Shown in pieces: positions 49,106-62,420 of a stretch of DNA of 64,000 nucleotides. This DNA comes from Octopus vulgaris. Lineage: Eukaryota. The DNA is taken from contig OX597817.1 of the NCBI GenBank assembly GCA_951406725.2, positions 57,536,001-57,600,000 on the forward strand, in the 5' to 3' direction. Position 1 is the first letter of the stretch. Each line of letters opens with the position of its first letter. The translations under genes and the position numbers were made by a program. The notes under the pieces are model-generated. The model worked only from the letters and a program-made list of their open reading frames with translations. It was not told where the DNA came from and ran no database searches.

Positions 49106-50052
49106 TTATTTTCTACATGTTTCAATCATTTGACTGTGGCCATGCTGGTGCACCACCTTTAGTCGAAGAAATCTACCCCAGGACTTAATCTTTGTAAGCC
49201 TAGTACTTATTCTATTGGTCTCTTTTGCCGAACCGCTAAGTTTCAGGAGCATAAACACATCAATATTGGTTGTCAAGTGGCGGGGACAAACACAGACACA
49301 TGCATATAAATATATATATGTATATATATATATATATGTATATATACACACACACACACACAACATACATGATGAGCTTCTTTCAGTTTCTGTCTACTAA
49401 ATCCACTTACAAGGCTTTGGTCGGCTGAAGGCTACAGTAGAAGACACTTGTCCAAGGTGCCACACAGGGGGACTAAACCCAGAACCATGTGGTTGGGAAG
49501 CAAGCTTCTGATCACATAGCCACGCCTGTGCCTTATGATGTATATATATATATATCTATCTATGTTTGCGTTTGTCCCCTACTACGACTTGAAAACTGGT
49601 ACTGGTTTATTTGCCTCCCTGTAACTTAGCAGTTTGGCAAAAGAATTCAATAAAATCTGTAACAGGCTTTAAAAAAGTAAGTACTAGGGTTGACTTTTTT
49701 TTTTTACTAAAAACCTTCAAGGTGGTGCCCCAGCATGGCCACAGTCCAATGGCTGAAACAAAAGAAAGATAAAAGACACGAGTTTATTTGCATGTGTAAA
49801 TTTATTGACAAATTTATCCATAAACATGTTGTTCTCATACTTTAGTTTATTAATCATTCATAAACACACACACACATCTATAAATATTTATGTGTCTGTG
49901 AGTGGTGTGTGTGTGTATGTGCATGTGAGTGAGTGTGCTTGTTAGTGTGTGTGCTTGTTAGAGTGTGTGAGAGAGCATTGAAGAAGCTGCTTCTGATCAG
50001 AGATAATATTAAATTATTATTATTATTATCATTATTATTATTATTATTATTA

Positions 50053-50596
50053 AGTGAGAGAGCAGAGTGTGTCATCAAAATGACACTGGGGTAAAATATA
50101 CAAAGCCTGGTACACCCATCATGACTACCCATCTGATAAGGGTACATTAGGTACATGCATCACAACCATATGTGCATGACATGGTGATCTCATATCAAGA
50201 TAAGCAGAACATGACCTTGCAAGTGAGGCCTAGCTAGAATTTTCTTCTGGTCAAGTAACCCATCCCGCTCAAAAGGTCCTTGAATAAGGGTTGTTTAAGG
50301 ATGTTGAATGAAACATCCATGTTGACAGAGATGAATTATTCAAACCCCAAAGAATCCCTCTCAACACATGGCTATGATGCTCCCCCACTATTTCTGCTCG
50401 TGATCAGAGATGCACATATAGTCAAACCACTAAGGGACATGCTCAAATGGTTATGGTCAGACAACTGACAATTAAATCTGTGGTATTGAGCAGAATATTT
50501 GCTGTAGCCCATCTTTTATACCAAGACAAAATAATGTAAATCAACTTCCAATCAGTTAAGATCAGAAGCCACAAGAGCCATTGCTTGGTACTACAT
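50053..50596 (-). mobile_element. ~550-bp non-coding interspersed repeat with (TAA)n ends; opposite-orientation copy at 55318-56210
   Basis: The two copies are clearly homologous along their length. Confidence 0.75.
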
Positions 50597-50607
50597 AATA
50601 ATAATAG

Positions 50608-50647
<40 letters not shown>

Positions 50648-51668
50648 GTTAACAAGCATACTCAGGACATTGTTATATCTTTTGTTCAATGTTAATCAGT
50701 AACTGTTATCTAAAGGGTTTCACTTCATTTCAAAATGATAACTATAAGAGGTTTCCACAAAACACACACACATTAATTATAATATGTGTGTTATAAGCAG
50801 AGTAGTTACAGTGACTTCAAAGTTTCAGTCTATTAACCTCCATCATACTCTCCAAAAAAGGCAAGCAGGCTAAAACTTTGAAGTCACTATCACCATTCTT
50901 CTTGCAAAATTATACTAAATATATACTCTACCACATGTATTGAGTAATTCTTCAGTTTAATGTAAAATTGTTTTTATTATAACTGAAAAGCTGTCAGAAT
51001 CGTCATCTCACCACGCAAAATGCTTCACAGTTTCTCATTTGTATTCATGTTCTGAATTCACATTCCACTGAGATCAGCTTTGCATTTCATCCTTTCGGAG
51101 GTCGATAAAATAAGTACCAGTTATGCACTGGGGTCGATGTAATCGACTTAAACCTTCCCTGAAATTTAGACCTTGATCCAACATTTTGAATGCATTATAA
51201 CATAAAAACTAAAATTGATCTATTCTTTTACTGGTTTCAGTCATTTGACTGCGGTCCCCAGGACTTATTCTTTGTAACCCTAGTTATTCTATCGATCTCT
51301 TTTGCCAAACCACTAAGTTACAGGCACATAAACACACCAACACTGGTTGTCAGGCGGTGGCGGGGGGGCAAACACAGACACACACACACAAAAGAATATA
51401 TATATATATATATATTCTTTTATTCACTTATATGTTTCAGTCCAATGACTGTGACCATACTGGAGCACCATGATGGACTTCTCTCAGTTTCCATCTACCA
51501 AATCCACTCACAAGGCTTTGGTCAGCCCGGGGCTATAGTAGAAGACGCTTGAACAAGATGCCATGCAGTGGGAATGAACCCAGAAGCATGTGTTTGAGAA
51601 GCAAGCTTCTTACCACACAGCCATTCCTACACACACACGCACACACACACACATTCCTGTACACTTAC

Positions 51669-51743
51669 TTGTATGAAATATTTCAGGAAGTGAAGTCGTT
51701 AAACAGATTTTGTTTGTTATTTTAGTTGTTTCGTCGTTAATGG
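51669..51743 (-). other. Candidate non-coding 5'UTR exon of the OSBPL1A-like gene
   Basis: Unique 75-nt segment between a T-rich tract ending ttttctcag and donor CAA|GTAAGT. Coding exon 1 has an acceptor, so an upstream exon must exist somewhere. Confidence 0.35.
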
Positions 51744-53144
51744 CTGAGAAAACAACCACCAAGATTCGAAGCAGAAGAGATTATATTTAACGTAAACATT
51801 GTCATCAAAAGTAAAAATATAGATTTGCAATAAACCAAGTTACAAAACAAAACAAAACAAAAAACAAATACATGTGTGTGAGAGAGGGAGAGGGAGGGAG
51901 AGGAAGGGGAGGATAGTGAAGAGAAGAAATAATCTGTGCTAAACCTTCCCACCACCACCACCACCACCACCACCACCAACACCACCACCATCATCTTAGT
52001 TTAACTAATATAGTTATCATGTGATCTCCAGCTTTCTTTCATAAATACATAGACACTTGTGTGTGTGTGTGTGTATGCATTCACATGTTGGTGTGTATGT
52101 GTGTGTGAGAGAGAGAAAGAGAGTTTGTGTGTGTGTGTGTATGCACTCACATGTTGGTGTGTATGTATGTGTGTGAGAAAGAGAAAGAGAGTTTGTGTAT
52201 GTGTGTGTGATTGTGTGTGTGTGTACAGGGTGGATGCAAAAGTAGGTGTACAATTATGAAAAAAAGAAAACACGTGCAATATTCATTTACCTTTATCAAA
52301 AAAATTAAAAGTTACGATAAAAGTGTTATTATAGTTAAGATAAATTATAAAATATGTATTATAATAAATTAACGACACTGAAAATAGTAAAAATGAGGCA
52401 AACTCATTTAAAGAGCCAATAATTTTAATGAATTAAGTATTATAACATTGAAGTGATATTTAGTTTATGCCTACTTTTTGCAAACACACCCCTGTATATA
52501 TGTAGAGAGAGAGAGAGAGAGAGGAAGAAAGAGGAAGGAGAAAGGAGGAAGAGAAGAGAGAAAGGGAGAGAGGGAGGGAGAGAAAAGAGAGGGGGAGGAG
52601 TGAGAGAGATGAAAGAAAGAGCAAAAGAAAGATAAATACACACGCGCACACACACACACACACACTAGCATAGAGCTAATAGGGAAATTGCTAGAAATAG
52701 CAATTAAATCTCTCTTTAAAAACATGCATATATACACACATACACACACACAGATATATATATATATAAATACACATACAAGCACTGAGGACTTGTGCAC
52801 TCCCACACACAAGACTGCTGAGCTGGTTTTGGTTAGATTAAGAAAGCAATTAACCACAAGGAGCAGCCGCAAACGTATACACACACATACATACACATAC
52901 ATACGTGCACACATACAAACACACACCATTGTTAATTAAATACACATTAGTACAAATGGAAGTGTATGTAACCATTATCATCATCATCATCAAAGTCATC
53001 ATCATAATCATCATCACTATCAACATCGTCATCATCATCACCACTTAACATCATCATCATCATTGTCGTCGTCATCGTCCTTAACATCACCAACACCATC
53101 ATCAAAATCATCATCACTACCACCACCATCACCAGTATCATGAT

Positions 53145-53175
<31 letters not shown>

Positions 53176-53629
53176 TTCATCATCATCATCATCATCTTCA
53201 TCATCATTTAACATCCCCTTTTCCATGCTTGCATGGGTCGAACAGAATTTGTTGATGGTGGGGGGAGGGATTCTCCCTCGCTGGATGTCCTTCCTATCAC
53301 CAACCCTCATTTGTTTCCAATTAAGGTAATAATCTTTGTCGATGACCAGGCATGTTTTCTTGGAAGACTGGAAAAGGACACCGCTTGCATGAGGGTGACA
53401 CTCGTTTACAGCAATCACTTGAAACCAAAGAAAGGAGACATTAACACACAGACACAGACACATACATACGACAGGCTTCTTTCAGTTTCCATCTACTAAA
53501 TCCATTCACATGGTTTTGGTCAACCTGGACAAAAAAAAGACAATTGCTCAAAGTGCTGCAGAGTGGAGCTGAACCCAAAACCATGTGGTTGGGAAGCAAA
53601 CTTCTTACCACACAGCCACACATGTCTCT

Positions 53630-53664
53630 GTGTTATGTGTGTGTGTGTGTGTGTGTGTGTGTGA

Positions 53665-53696
<32 letters not shown>

Positions 53697-53875
53697 GTAT
53701 ATATATATGTGTGTGTATGTGTATGTATGTGTATATGTATATATATGTATCTGTGTGCATGTGTATATATGTGTGTGCATGTGTATATATGTATGTGTGT
53801 ATGTGTATATATATTCATGTTTGTGTATGTGCGTGTGTATGTGTATATGTATGTATGTGTATGTTTATGTGTGTA
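53630..53875. repeat. (TG)/(TA) compound dinucleotide array
   Basis: Read directly. Confidence 0.92.
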
Positions 53876-53920
53876 AAGTTATAAGTGGGTGTAAGTATCT
53901 CTCTGTATCTGAGAATGTGA

Positions 53921-53953
<33 letters not shown>

Positions 53954-55740
53954 ATGTGTCTGAGCCTCTATCATTCTCTACTGTTATTACTTTTATAAAG
54001 GGAGCCTCTTTATATGAGGGAACCTGTATGTGGTTGCTTAACATACTGGAAGCAGCAGCCAAATCTCTTTCTCAAATCGCCCCCACTGTCATAAAACAAG
54101 GAAGGACACATTAGATAATACAATCATAGATACCCTTAAAACGATAGGATGGCCAAGGCTGGAATGTCTTCAATCATAGGTTTGTTCAGTCAAGATTGTT
54201 TCAGAGGCTAAACATCAGTCATCATTATTTAACATCTGTCTCCAATGCTGGCATGGGTTGGACGGTTTGACAGGAACTGGTAAACCAAAAGACTGCATCA
54301 CGCTTCACTGTCTGCTTTGGTATGGCTTTTATGGCTGGATGCCCTTCCTGATGCCAACCACACAACAGAAAGTAGCGGGTGCTTTCTATGTTGGTGCCAG
54401 TGGGGTTGCTAGGTAACTGGCAAGTTGAAGACCTCTCAGGTGGCAGAGGGAGTGGAACTGCATAAGCGGCTTTGTGCCAGTTGAGGAGTTAGAGCAGCAG
54501 TTCCTAACCTTTTCACAGTGGTTCCCAACCTTTTTATTTCAATGAGTTTTCCCATGGACCCCTTTTAATATGCTTATGCTTTCTTTTGCTGGGTTCAAAT
54601 CTCACCTGCAAACCCATGGAAAATGTACATCCACCAACTTTTCTGCCTATATGTCTGTGCACACCTTTCAAGGCAATGTCTGCCAGAAGGTTTGCAAATA
54701 GTGGTTTAGAATTTAACTGTCCTCTCTAGCATGCAGATAGTCCTATGAAGGATGCTTCTTATGTGTTTAAATGTACACTGTATTTATATGAATAATATAT
54801 AGTCTATTGACTAAATTTTTACATGCTAGACCACTGGTAATGGAAATTTCTAATATTTCAGATTACCCTTTGATATTATAAATTATATAAGTATATATAT
54901 ATATAATGAATGATACACACATATAAAATACTGTCCTGAATGTTAAGTCATACCAAATATAGATTTTCAATCGCCAGCTGTGTTATCAGTGCATCTCCCA
55001 CCATCACTGCTACGACTGCCATTCTCACAGCTGTAAACAGACTCAGTTGTCAAGGTAATAGAGCTATGACTCATCAATATATTATGTAATCAGAAAGTGG
55101 GTTAGATCCATCAGCCAACATATTTTCTTGTCATCATAGCTGATTTCCTCACATAGGTATGGCCTACGCTGCTGAGTCATCATCAGGTTGTGAGTTCAAA
55201 CTGTAGATCAGGCCAATTTCTATAAATATTTTTATATTGTGAAAATAATAATAATGATGACGACGACGACGATAACAATGATGTTGATGATGACAAAAAT
55301 AATAATTATGATAAAAGGCCTGGTGTAGTACCAGACAGTGGCTCCCATGGCTTCTGATCTTAACAATTGAAAGTGTTATCATGTACATTGTTTTGCCTTG
55401 GTATAAAAGATGGGCTACAGCAAATATTCTGCTCAGTACCACAGATTTGCTTGACATTATCCAGTTGACCAAGTCCCTTGGTGGCTGACGATATGTGCAT
55501 CTCTGATCACAAACAGAAATAGTGGGGGAGTATCAAAGCCATGTGTTGAGAGAAATTCCTTGGGATTTCAATAATTCACTTCTGGAAACACGGGTGTTTC
55601 ATTCATCATCCTTAAACAAATCTTATTCAGGGACCTTTTGAATGGGATGGGTTACTCCACCTGTGGAAAATTCTAACTGGGCCCCTCCTTCCAGGTCACA
55701 CATTATTTATCTTGATGTGAGACCATCATGTTGTGCACAT

Positions 55741-56065
55741 TCTTAGAGACTCCGCCGGTTACGACGACAAGGGTCCCAGCTGATACGATCAACGGAACAG
55801 CTTGCTCGTGAAATTAACGTGCAAATGGCTGAGCATTCCACAGACACGTGTACCCTTAACGTAGTTCTCGGGGATAATCAGCGTGACACAGAGAGTGACA
55901 AGGCTGACCCTTTGAAATACAAGTACAACTCATTTTTGCCAGCTGAGTGGACTGGAGCAACGTGAAATAAAGTGTCTTGCTCAAGGACACAATGCGTCGC
56001 CGGGAATCGAACTCACAACCTTACGATCATGAGCCGAATGCCCTAACCACTAAGCCACGCGCCCT
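55741..56065 (-). mobile_element. tRNA-derived SINE family D nested in the 55318-56210 repeat (other copies ~25262-25557 +, ~43395-43705 +, ~17870-18140 -, ~40345-40610 -)
   Basis: Head gagggcgcgtggcttagtggttag (A box) and gagttcgattcc (B box), core tgtgtccttgagcaagacac. CACAT is duplicated at the two ends. Confidence 0.85.
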
Positions 56066-57373
56066 CACATATAGTTGTGATGCATGTACCCTTATCAGAC
56101 AAGTAGTCATGATGGCTATATAGGGCTTCATATATTTGTACCCTATTGTCACTTTGATGGTATGTGCTGCTTTCTCATTCAATAATAATAATAATAATAA
56201 TAATAATAATCCTTTCTGCTATAGACACAAAGCTTGAAATTTGTGGGGAGGGGCTAGTTAATTTCATCAGCTCTCCCAGGGTTCATTTGGAACATATTTC
56301 ATCAATTCTAAAAGGATGAAAGGCAAAGATGACCTCAGTGTAATTTGAACTCAGAATGTGAAGACAGACGAAATACCACTAAGCACTTTGTATGGTGGAG
56401 TAAGAATTCTGCCAGCTTGCCTCCTTCATGATAACAGTGATGATGTAGATGATGATGATGATGATGAAGATGATGAGAATGATGATGATGGTGGTGGTGA
56501 TGAGAATGATGATGATGATGTTGACGGTGATGATGATGATGGTGGTTTCAGATTTTGGCACAAGGCCAGAAATTTTAAGGGGAGGGGTACTCAATTACAT
56601 CAGTTCCAGTACTTGGTTGATACTATATGTTATTTGTCTCAGTGGCAAAAGCTGATTCCACTGGGATTTGAACTTAGAATGTAAAATGTCACAATAAATA
56701 ACACTATGCATTTTTGTCTGATGCTAAATAAAACTTTTTTTTTGTTCTTTTTGTTACAAAAGCAAGCAACACTATAAGGAGAAATCACAACAACTGTTGG
56801 TGCTTATGGAGAAACGATTATGAGAAACAGAAAAGCCGTAACAGAAAACACAAGTAAACAAAAGAATGCAAAACAAGATGACTCAATAAGGAGAATAACT
56901 ACCTAGGGACCAATTACCCTAAATATTAAAAACAACTGCTCTCTTCCAGCTCATTAACAGATAAATGCTGAGCAGAGGCCCTTCTCAGCTAGCTTTTAGC
57001 AAATTCATAATAATTCTAATACAAGTGGCACCCTCTGGCTGCAGCTTTTAATACAAGGGAGGCAACCATGATAATGACTTGTCATTGGGTCCTTAAGAGA
57101 CCAACACATTGAGGTCAGTACAAAGGTGAAAGACAAAAACTATAGATGACAATAAAACATTGGGAAAACAAGGTTATTCAGGGTACCCCAGATTTCTCTG
57201 GCTCATCAAAGGGAAAAGTACCCTCTTCCATTTCTTCCTGCCTGTTTAGCTAGTCAGATAATCGAGATAGGTCGATTCAGCCTGGTCAGTTTTGATGCTT
57301 TCACTCACCTTTTGTAAATCACTGGTATATATAAGGAGAAAAATAAAATTATTGGTTTGATTCTTTGAGTAAG

Positions 57374-57681
57374 CAGAGCTGTGGAGTTGAAACAAAAAAT
57401 TTTGACTCCGACTATGACTCTTGTAGAATTGGCACCTTTGACTCCAATTCTGATTCTGACTCCTCTTTATGTAATTGATTGTGGTCTACATATCTCATAA
57501 AGCATATGCATACACTTGTACTTTGAGTCAGCCTATATGTTATAACTGGTTTATATTAAAGAATAAAGACATATTGAGAGTCGGAATCAGAGTCAGTATA
57601 GTTTTACCGACTCTGACTCCATTCCAGCTACCCTTTAATAGTTTCCAACTCTGACTCCATGACTCTGACTCCACAGCCCTG
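57374..57681. mobile_element. hAT-type MITE with internal GACTCY repeats
   Basis: TIRs cagagctgtggag / ctccacagccctg. Exact 8-bp TSD TGAGTAAG at 57366-57373 and 57682-57689. Confidence 0.87.
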
Positions 57682-58998
57682 TGAGTAAGGCATGTCATTT
57701 TGTGATACTCCAGTCTACTCGGCTGACAATAAGTCCCAGCCAACAATCAGGGTCACTCAATCGGTCATGTTCTTTATGTTCCACTGGATCAAGGGGTCAG
57801 AGGGCTGGGAATGTACCTGTCTACCTAGGATAACAGAGGCACCTAAAACAATTTGCAAAAGAATGGTACATACAACCAGGTCATAATACTCACTTGTCAG
57901 TGATGGATATGGAGTGTATATCATCATCATTATCATCATTATCATTTAATGTCCGTTTTCCATGCTGTCATGGGTTGGACAGTTAGACAGGAGCTAAGCA
58001 AGTTAGAAGACTACACCAAGCACTGCTGTCTGCTTTGGCATGGTTTCCACAGCTGGATGCCCTTCCTAACACCAACCACTTTACAAAGTGTTACTGGGTG
58101 CTTTTTTTACAGTGAAGTCACCAAATAACTTGCAGGACAAGACCACCCCCTCAATTGGCGGGGGTGGGGGAGTAGTATTGAGGGTCAGAAAAAGGTGCTG
58201 TGTATTAGAAGAGAAACATGGCTTCTTCAGATGGAAAAGAGAGGGGAAAGAGAAAGATGGTGAAAATGCAACTGAGAGGGGGCAGGGGCTATAGCCCCAA
58301 GTGCCAAGGTGGTGTATAAAGGAACTGGAGAGGGTGGGAGTGGACAGGGAATATATGTCTTTCATGTCTATTCAAATTCTTACATTCTTATTACATAAAC
58401 AACATAACAATTCTTGCTGCTAAGAACAAAATTTCTAAATGGATAGAGAAAAAAATTTGAAGGATTGCTTTGGTCCAATGGTAGAACATCTGTCATGTTT
58501 AAAGGAAAAGTGGATTCATGTTTCAAAGCAGACTTGACTTTTACCATTCAAAGGGCTTTTCAACCCAACACTTACAATGCTATCATTTATAGCTTTATCT
58601 ACTTTGAGCTCCACCATTAAGAACAATACAGATATTCTTTTCTTTTTTTCTTTTATTTGCTTCAGTCATTTGACTGTGGCCATGCTGAAGCACGACCTTT
58701 AGTTGAGCAAATTGACCCCAGGACTTATTCTTTGTAAGCCTAGTACCGCTAAGTTACGGGGACGTAAACACACCAGCATCGGTTGTCAATCAATGTGGGG
58801 GGGGGGACAAACACACACACACACACACTCAACAGGCTTCTTTCAGTATCCATCTACCAAATCCCCTCACAAGGCTTTGGTCGACCCAAGGCTATAGTAG
58901 AAGACACTTGCCCAAGTGGGACTGGAACCAGAACCATATGGTTGGTAAGCAAGCTACTTACCACTCAGCAATTCCATACCACTTATACATATATACAT

Positions 58999-59037
<39 letters not shown>

Positions 59038-59204
59038 CACACAATATATATATATGTGACAAGTTTCTTTCAGTTTCTGTCTACCAAATCCCAAGGCTAT
59101 AGTAGGAAATACTTGCTCAAGGTACCACATAGTGAAACTGAACCTGGGACCATGTGGTTGGGAAGCAAACTTCTTACCACCCAGCCACACTTACACACAC
59201 ACAC

Positions 59205-59260
<56 letters not shown>

Positions 59261-59301
59261 GAGAGGGAAGTGGGAGAAACATACACACATACACGTACAT
59301 A

Positions 59302-59336
<35 letters not shown>

Positions 59337-60334
59337 GAAAGAGAGGGAGGGGGGAGAAACATACACATACATACAAACACACAATGCACTGTACACTTAT
59401 AGCAATGTATATTGCACATACATCCATCCATCTAGAAAGATATTATTAAAACAGATTGCTGAGTAGGATATTGATCAGGCACCCATGAGAGTTTCTTAAT
59501 TAATCATTCCTGTCTATAATGTCAGGCCATAGACCTGATTAGTAGATCTGCAATGTGGTAATCATGTAAGTGGGTACAACTTGTGTAGAGTCAAATCATC
59601 AATGTCTAAATTAGAACTCTCACTAAAGCTCGCTTGGTAAGGAGGGTCATTTTTGGACTCATAATAAAAAAATAAAACCTTTGAAAAAGCGAAGATGAAC
59701 TCAGAAGACTTTTCTGTTGCAAGCATTTGATCCAGGTCTTCTGTTTGAAGAAAGCTTCCTCCTTTTCTGCCACTAGTCTTGGGGGCAGCCCTGTAAAGGG
59801 TTAGAGGCACTGCCTTCCTCCCTGACTGAAGGATTAAAAAAACGAGCCATGTTTGATATCATGCTGGTTGTTTGCACCTGTGCTGTATTAGCCATGACCA
59901 AAGTCACATCCACTCAGCCCTGCGTCCAGAAGGAATTCTCACGATGATGTGGTATGGTGGTGTAATCATGGAGTTCATCCCCTGCAAGGGACAGACAAAG
60001 TACCCGAAACCAGGTTCTCTTAGCAGAGAGAAAGAGAGAGAGGGGAGAGAGAGAGAGAGAGAGAGAAAGCTAGGATGGAGAGCATGAACAGTGAAGTGTG
60101 GAGAAGGAGGTGGATATTGGCCACACCCTGAGGAAAGCTCTCATCAACGACTGTGAGTCATGTCTTGGGCCTCTGAGGAAAGGAGGAAGTATGGAGAAGA
60201 ATTGTTGAAAAAGAGGAGCAAGTTGGCAAATGGGGAACATGGAACTATATGAGAACCAAAGCCATCAACTGGGAAGCATGGGATGAGAGTGAGGGGGGAG
60301 GAGGAGTAGAAAGAGTGGGAGCCTTATGTGCCAC

Positions 60335-60570
60335 TTAGGCATGAAGTGGAAAGAAGTGATGGTTGACCCTGTCACAAGTTTTGGACTGATCCAGATTGAC
60401 CAGGGCCCCACTGAAGCCTAATCTATTCCAAACCCACACATAAACGGGTAAATGTGTCAAGGATTGTCAAGTTAAGGCATCTCCAACTACACTAGCAGCA
60501 ACAAGTGCCAATCTGTTAGTGAGAACCGATGCCAAATCTTCAACGATGTTTCCAATGAGTGCACAGCTTT
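60335..60570 (-). mobile_element. Tx1/L1-clade reverse transcriptase fragment (decayed)
   Basis: LASVLTNRLALV and GALVNLDQSKTCDRVNH resemble RT motifs KILA.VLA.RL and LDQ.KAFDRV.H. Confidence 0.65.
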
Positions 60571-61064
60571 GTATATTGGAATAGCCATTTCAGCTTATTC
60601 CAAGTTGTGTTTGACATTGAAGAAAAGGTTAAGAGCCAAGCTTACCAACAAGTATGTCATATACAATATCTCATCAATGGAACTCATCTAATCTTTTGAC
60701 TAACTCATACACAACTACCCTCTATTGCTAGTTCTTTGCTAATGAGAATAGATGTTCTAGTTTTTCCTTTTAGTGAAACCCACTGCCTGTTGTTGATGGC
60801 GGCTCTCATTAATTGTCACATAGTTAATTCACTAATTAAGTGCACAGATACAAACAGTATAGTAAGCAAACCTATAAACATACACACACACAGATACAGA
60901 TGCAAACACATGTGCAAATAAGGAAACACACCATAGAAAGACAGACTGGACTAAACAGAACTGGAGGATATACATGAGATAGAGAGTCACTGAAAAGATT
61001 TCCAAACACAGGACACTAAAATAAGAATAGAAAGGAAGCTAAAGTGAAGAACAAATATATATGG

Positions 61065-61375
61065 TGGAGTAAAGATTGTTTGCCAACATAACATAGCAGT
61101 CCTGGTTTAGGATGAATGTTGCTATAATTTAGCTCCAGGAGACATCATCTCCAGCTGGCTATATGACACGATTTGAATCCTTATATATCAGAAACCGCAA
61201 TACACAGATATTGTTTTGAGCTGAGTGGGGGTGCTAGATTCCCTTGTTTGAAAATATAAGGACACAGATTGTGATGTATAGCCAGCAGGAGACGATGTCT
61301 CCTGGTGCTAAATTACAGCAACATTCATCCTAAACCAGGAGTGCCATGTTATGTTGGCAAACAATCTCTACTCCA
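61065..61375. mobile_element. Foldback/MITE with ~125-bp imperfect inverted arms
   Basis: tggagtaaagattgtttgccaacataacat... pairs with ...atgttatgttggcaaacaatctctactcca. No clear TSD. Confidence 0.75.
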
Positions 61376-61749
61376 AAGTGCTGTTGCTGAATATCTCTTG
61401 TTGTGAGATTTAAAAATAGTAAATATATACAGTGCTTGTGGGGTTTTTTTTTCTGGTAAAAAAGTAAAAAAATTACCATCTTGAAATATAACAGTAACTT
61501 ACTAATGCAATCCCAGAAAGCTTTCTGTGCTAAGAAAGATGCATTTAGCCTTTGGTAAGCAGGCCCTTATCGATTTATCATTCCTAAACTGACTACAAAT
61601 CATGAATTTGTATTCCATGTAACTAGCCATCTGAAATTGTAGACAACTTGCCCTATACCTACCAGCTAACCCTGAGTGTCTAGAGCAGTTTGTCCAAGTC
61701 AACACTGGTACACTGGAACAATTTGAGCAGTACTATTCTATATTTTCGA

Positions 61750-62420
61750 AATGAGGAATTTTGTACATTATTTATAAAGGGCCGATAGGTATCCTCATCT
61801 TGTTTGTTGTTACCACAACGTTTTGGCTGATGTACTCTCCAGCCTTCATCAGGTGTCCAGGTGGGATTTCAAACCCAACCATTTATTTGACTAATGGAGT
61901 ACACTGTTCTCATTCCTAAGGTATGTTGCTGATTTTTCTGTTAATATTATTTATCAAGTCCCTGCCTGGGACTGAACTTAGAATCTTAGAGTTAGCAGCC
62001 TACACTCTTGTTTACTACACAATACATCATCATCATAGTTTAACGTCCGCTTTCCATGCTAGCGTGGGTTGGACGGTTCGACCAAGGTCTGGGAAGCCAA
62101 GAGGCTGCACCAGGCTCCAGTCTGATCTGGCAGTGTTTCTACAGCTAGATGCCCTTCCTGACGCCAACCACTCTGTGAGTGTAGTGGGTGCTTTTTACAT
62201 GCCACCGGCACAGGTGCCAGGCAAAGCTGGCAACGGCCACGATTGGTTGGTGCTTTTTACGTGCCACCAGCACGCCCGTGGGTAATCATAGAGTGAATTT
62301 TAGGGCTTATAAACCCAACATGTTATCTTTCCTTAATACCGTTTCCCATGTTACATTCATATCTGCACCAGGTCTGCTTAGGAGGTTATGGTGTCCTTGG
62401 ATGTTTGTAAGTTCTTCATT
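61750..62420 (-). mobile_element. Second copy of the Penelope-like ORF-tail/tRNA-like/HHR element, interrupted by a SINE (~62020-62270)
   Basis: Minus strand reads GHHNLLSRPGADMNVTWETVLRKDNMLGL*, then ctGCTaa loop and gttcagtcc box, then CTGATGAaggctg..cagccAAAACGTT (G of GAAA mutated). Confidence 0.7.

Noticed and set aside
55990-56065. Apparent tRNA gene
   Set aside because: It is the head of a SINE with a body and several dispersed copies, not a standalone cloverleaf.
59562-59810. 82-aa non-repetitive ORF
   Set aside because: No recognisable domain or splice support; it lies beside decayed Tx1/L1 sequence.
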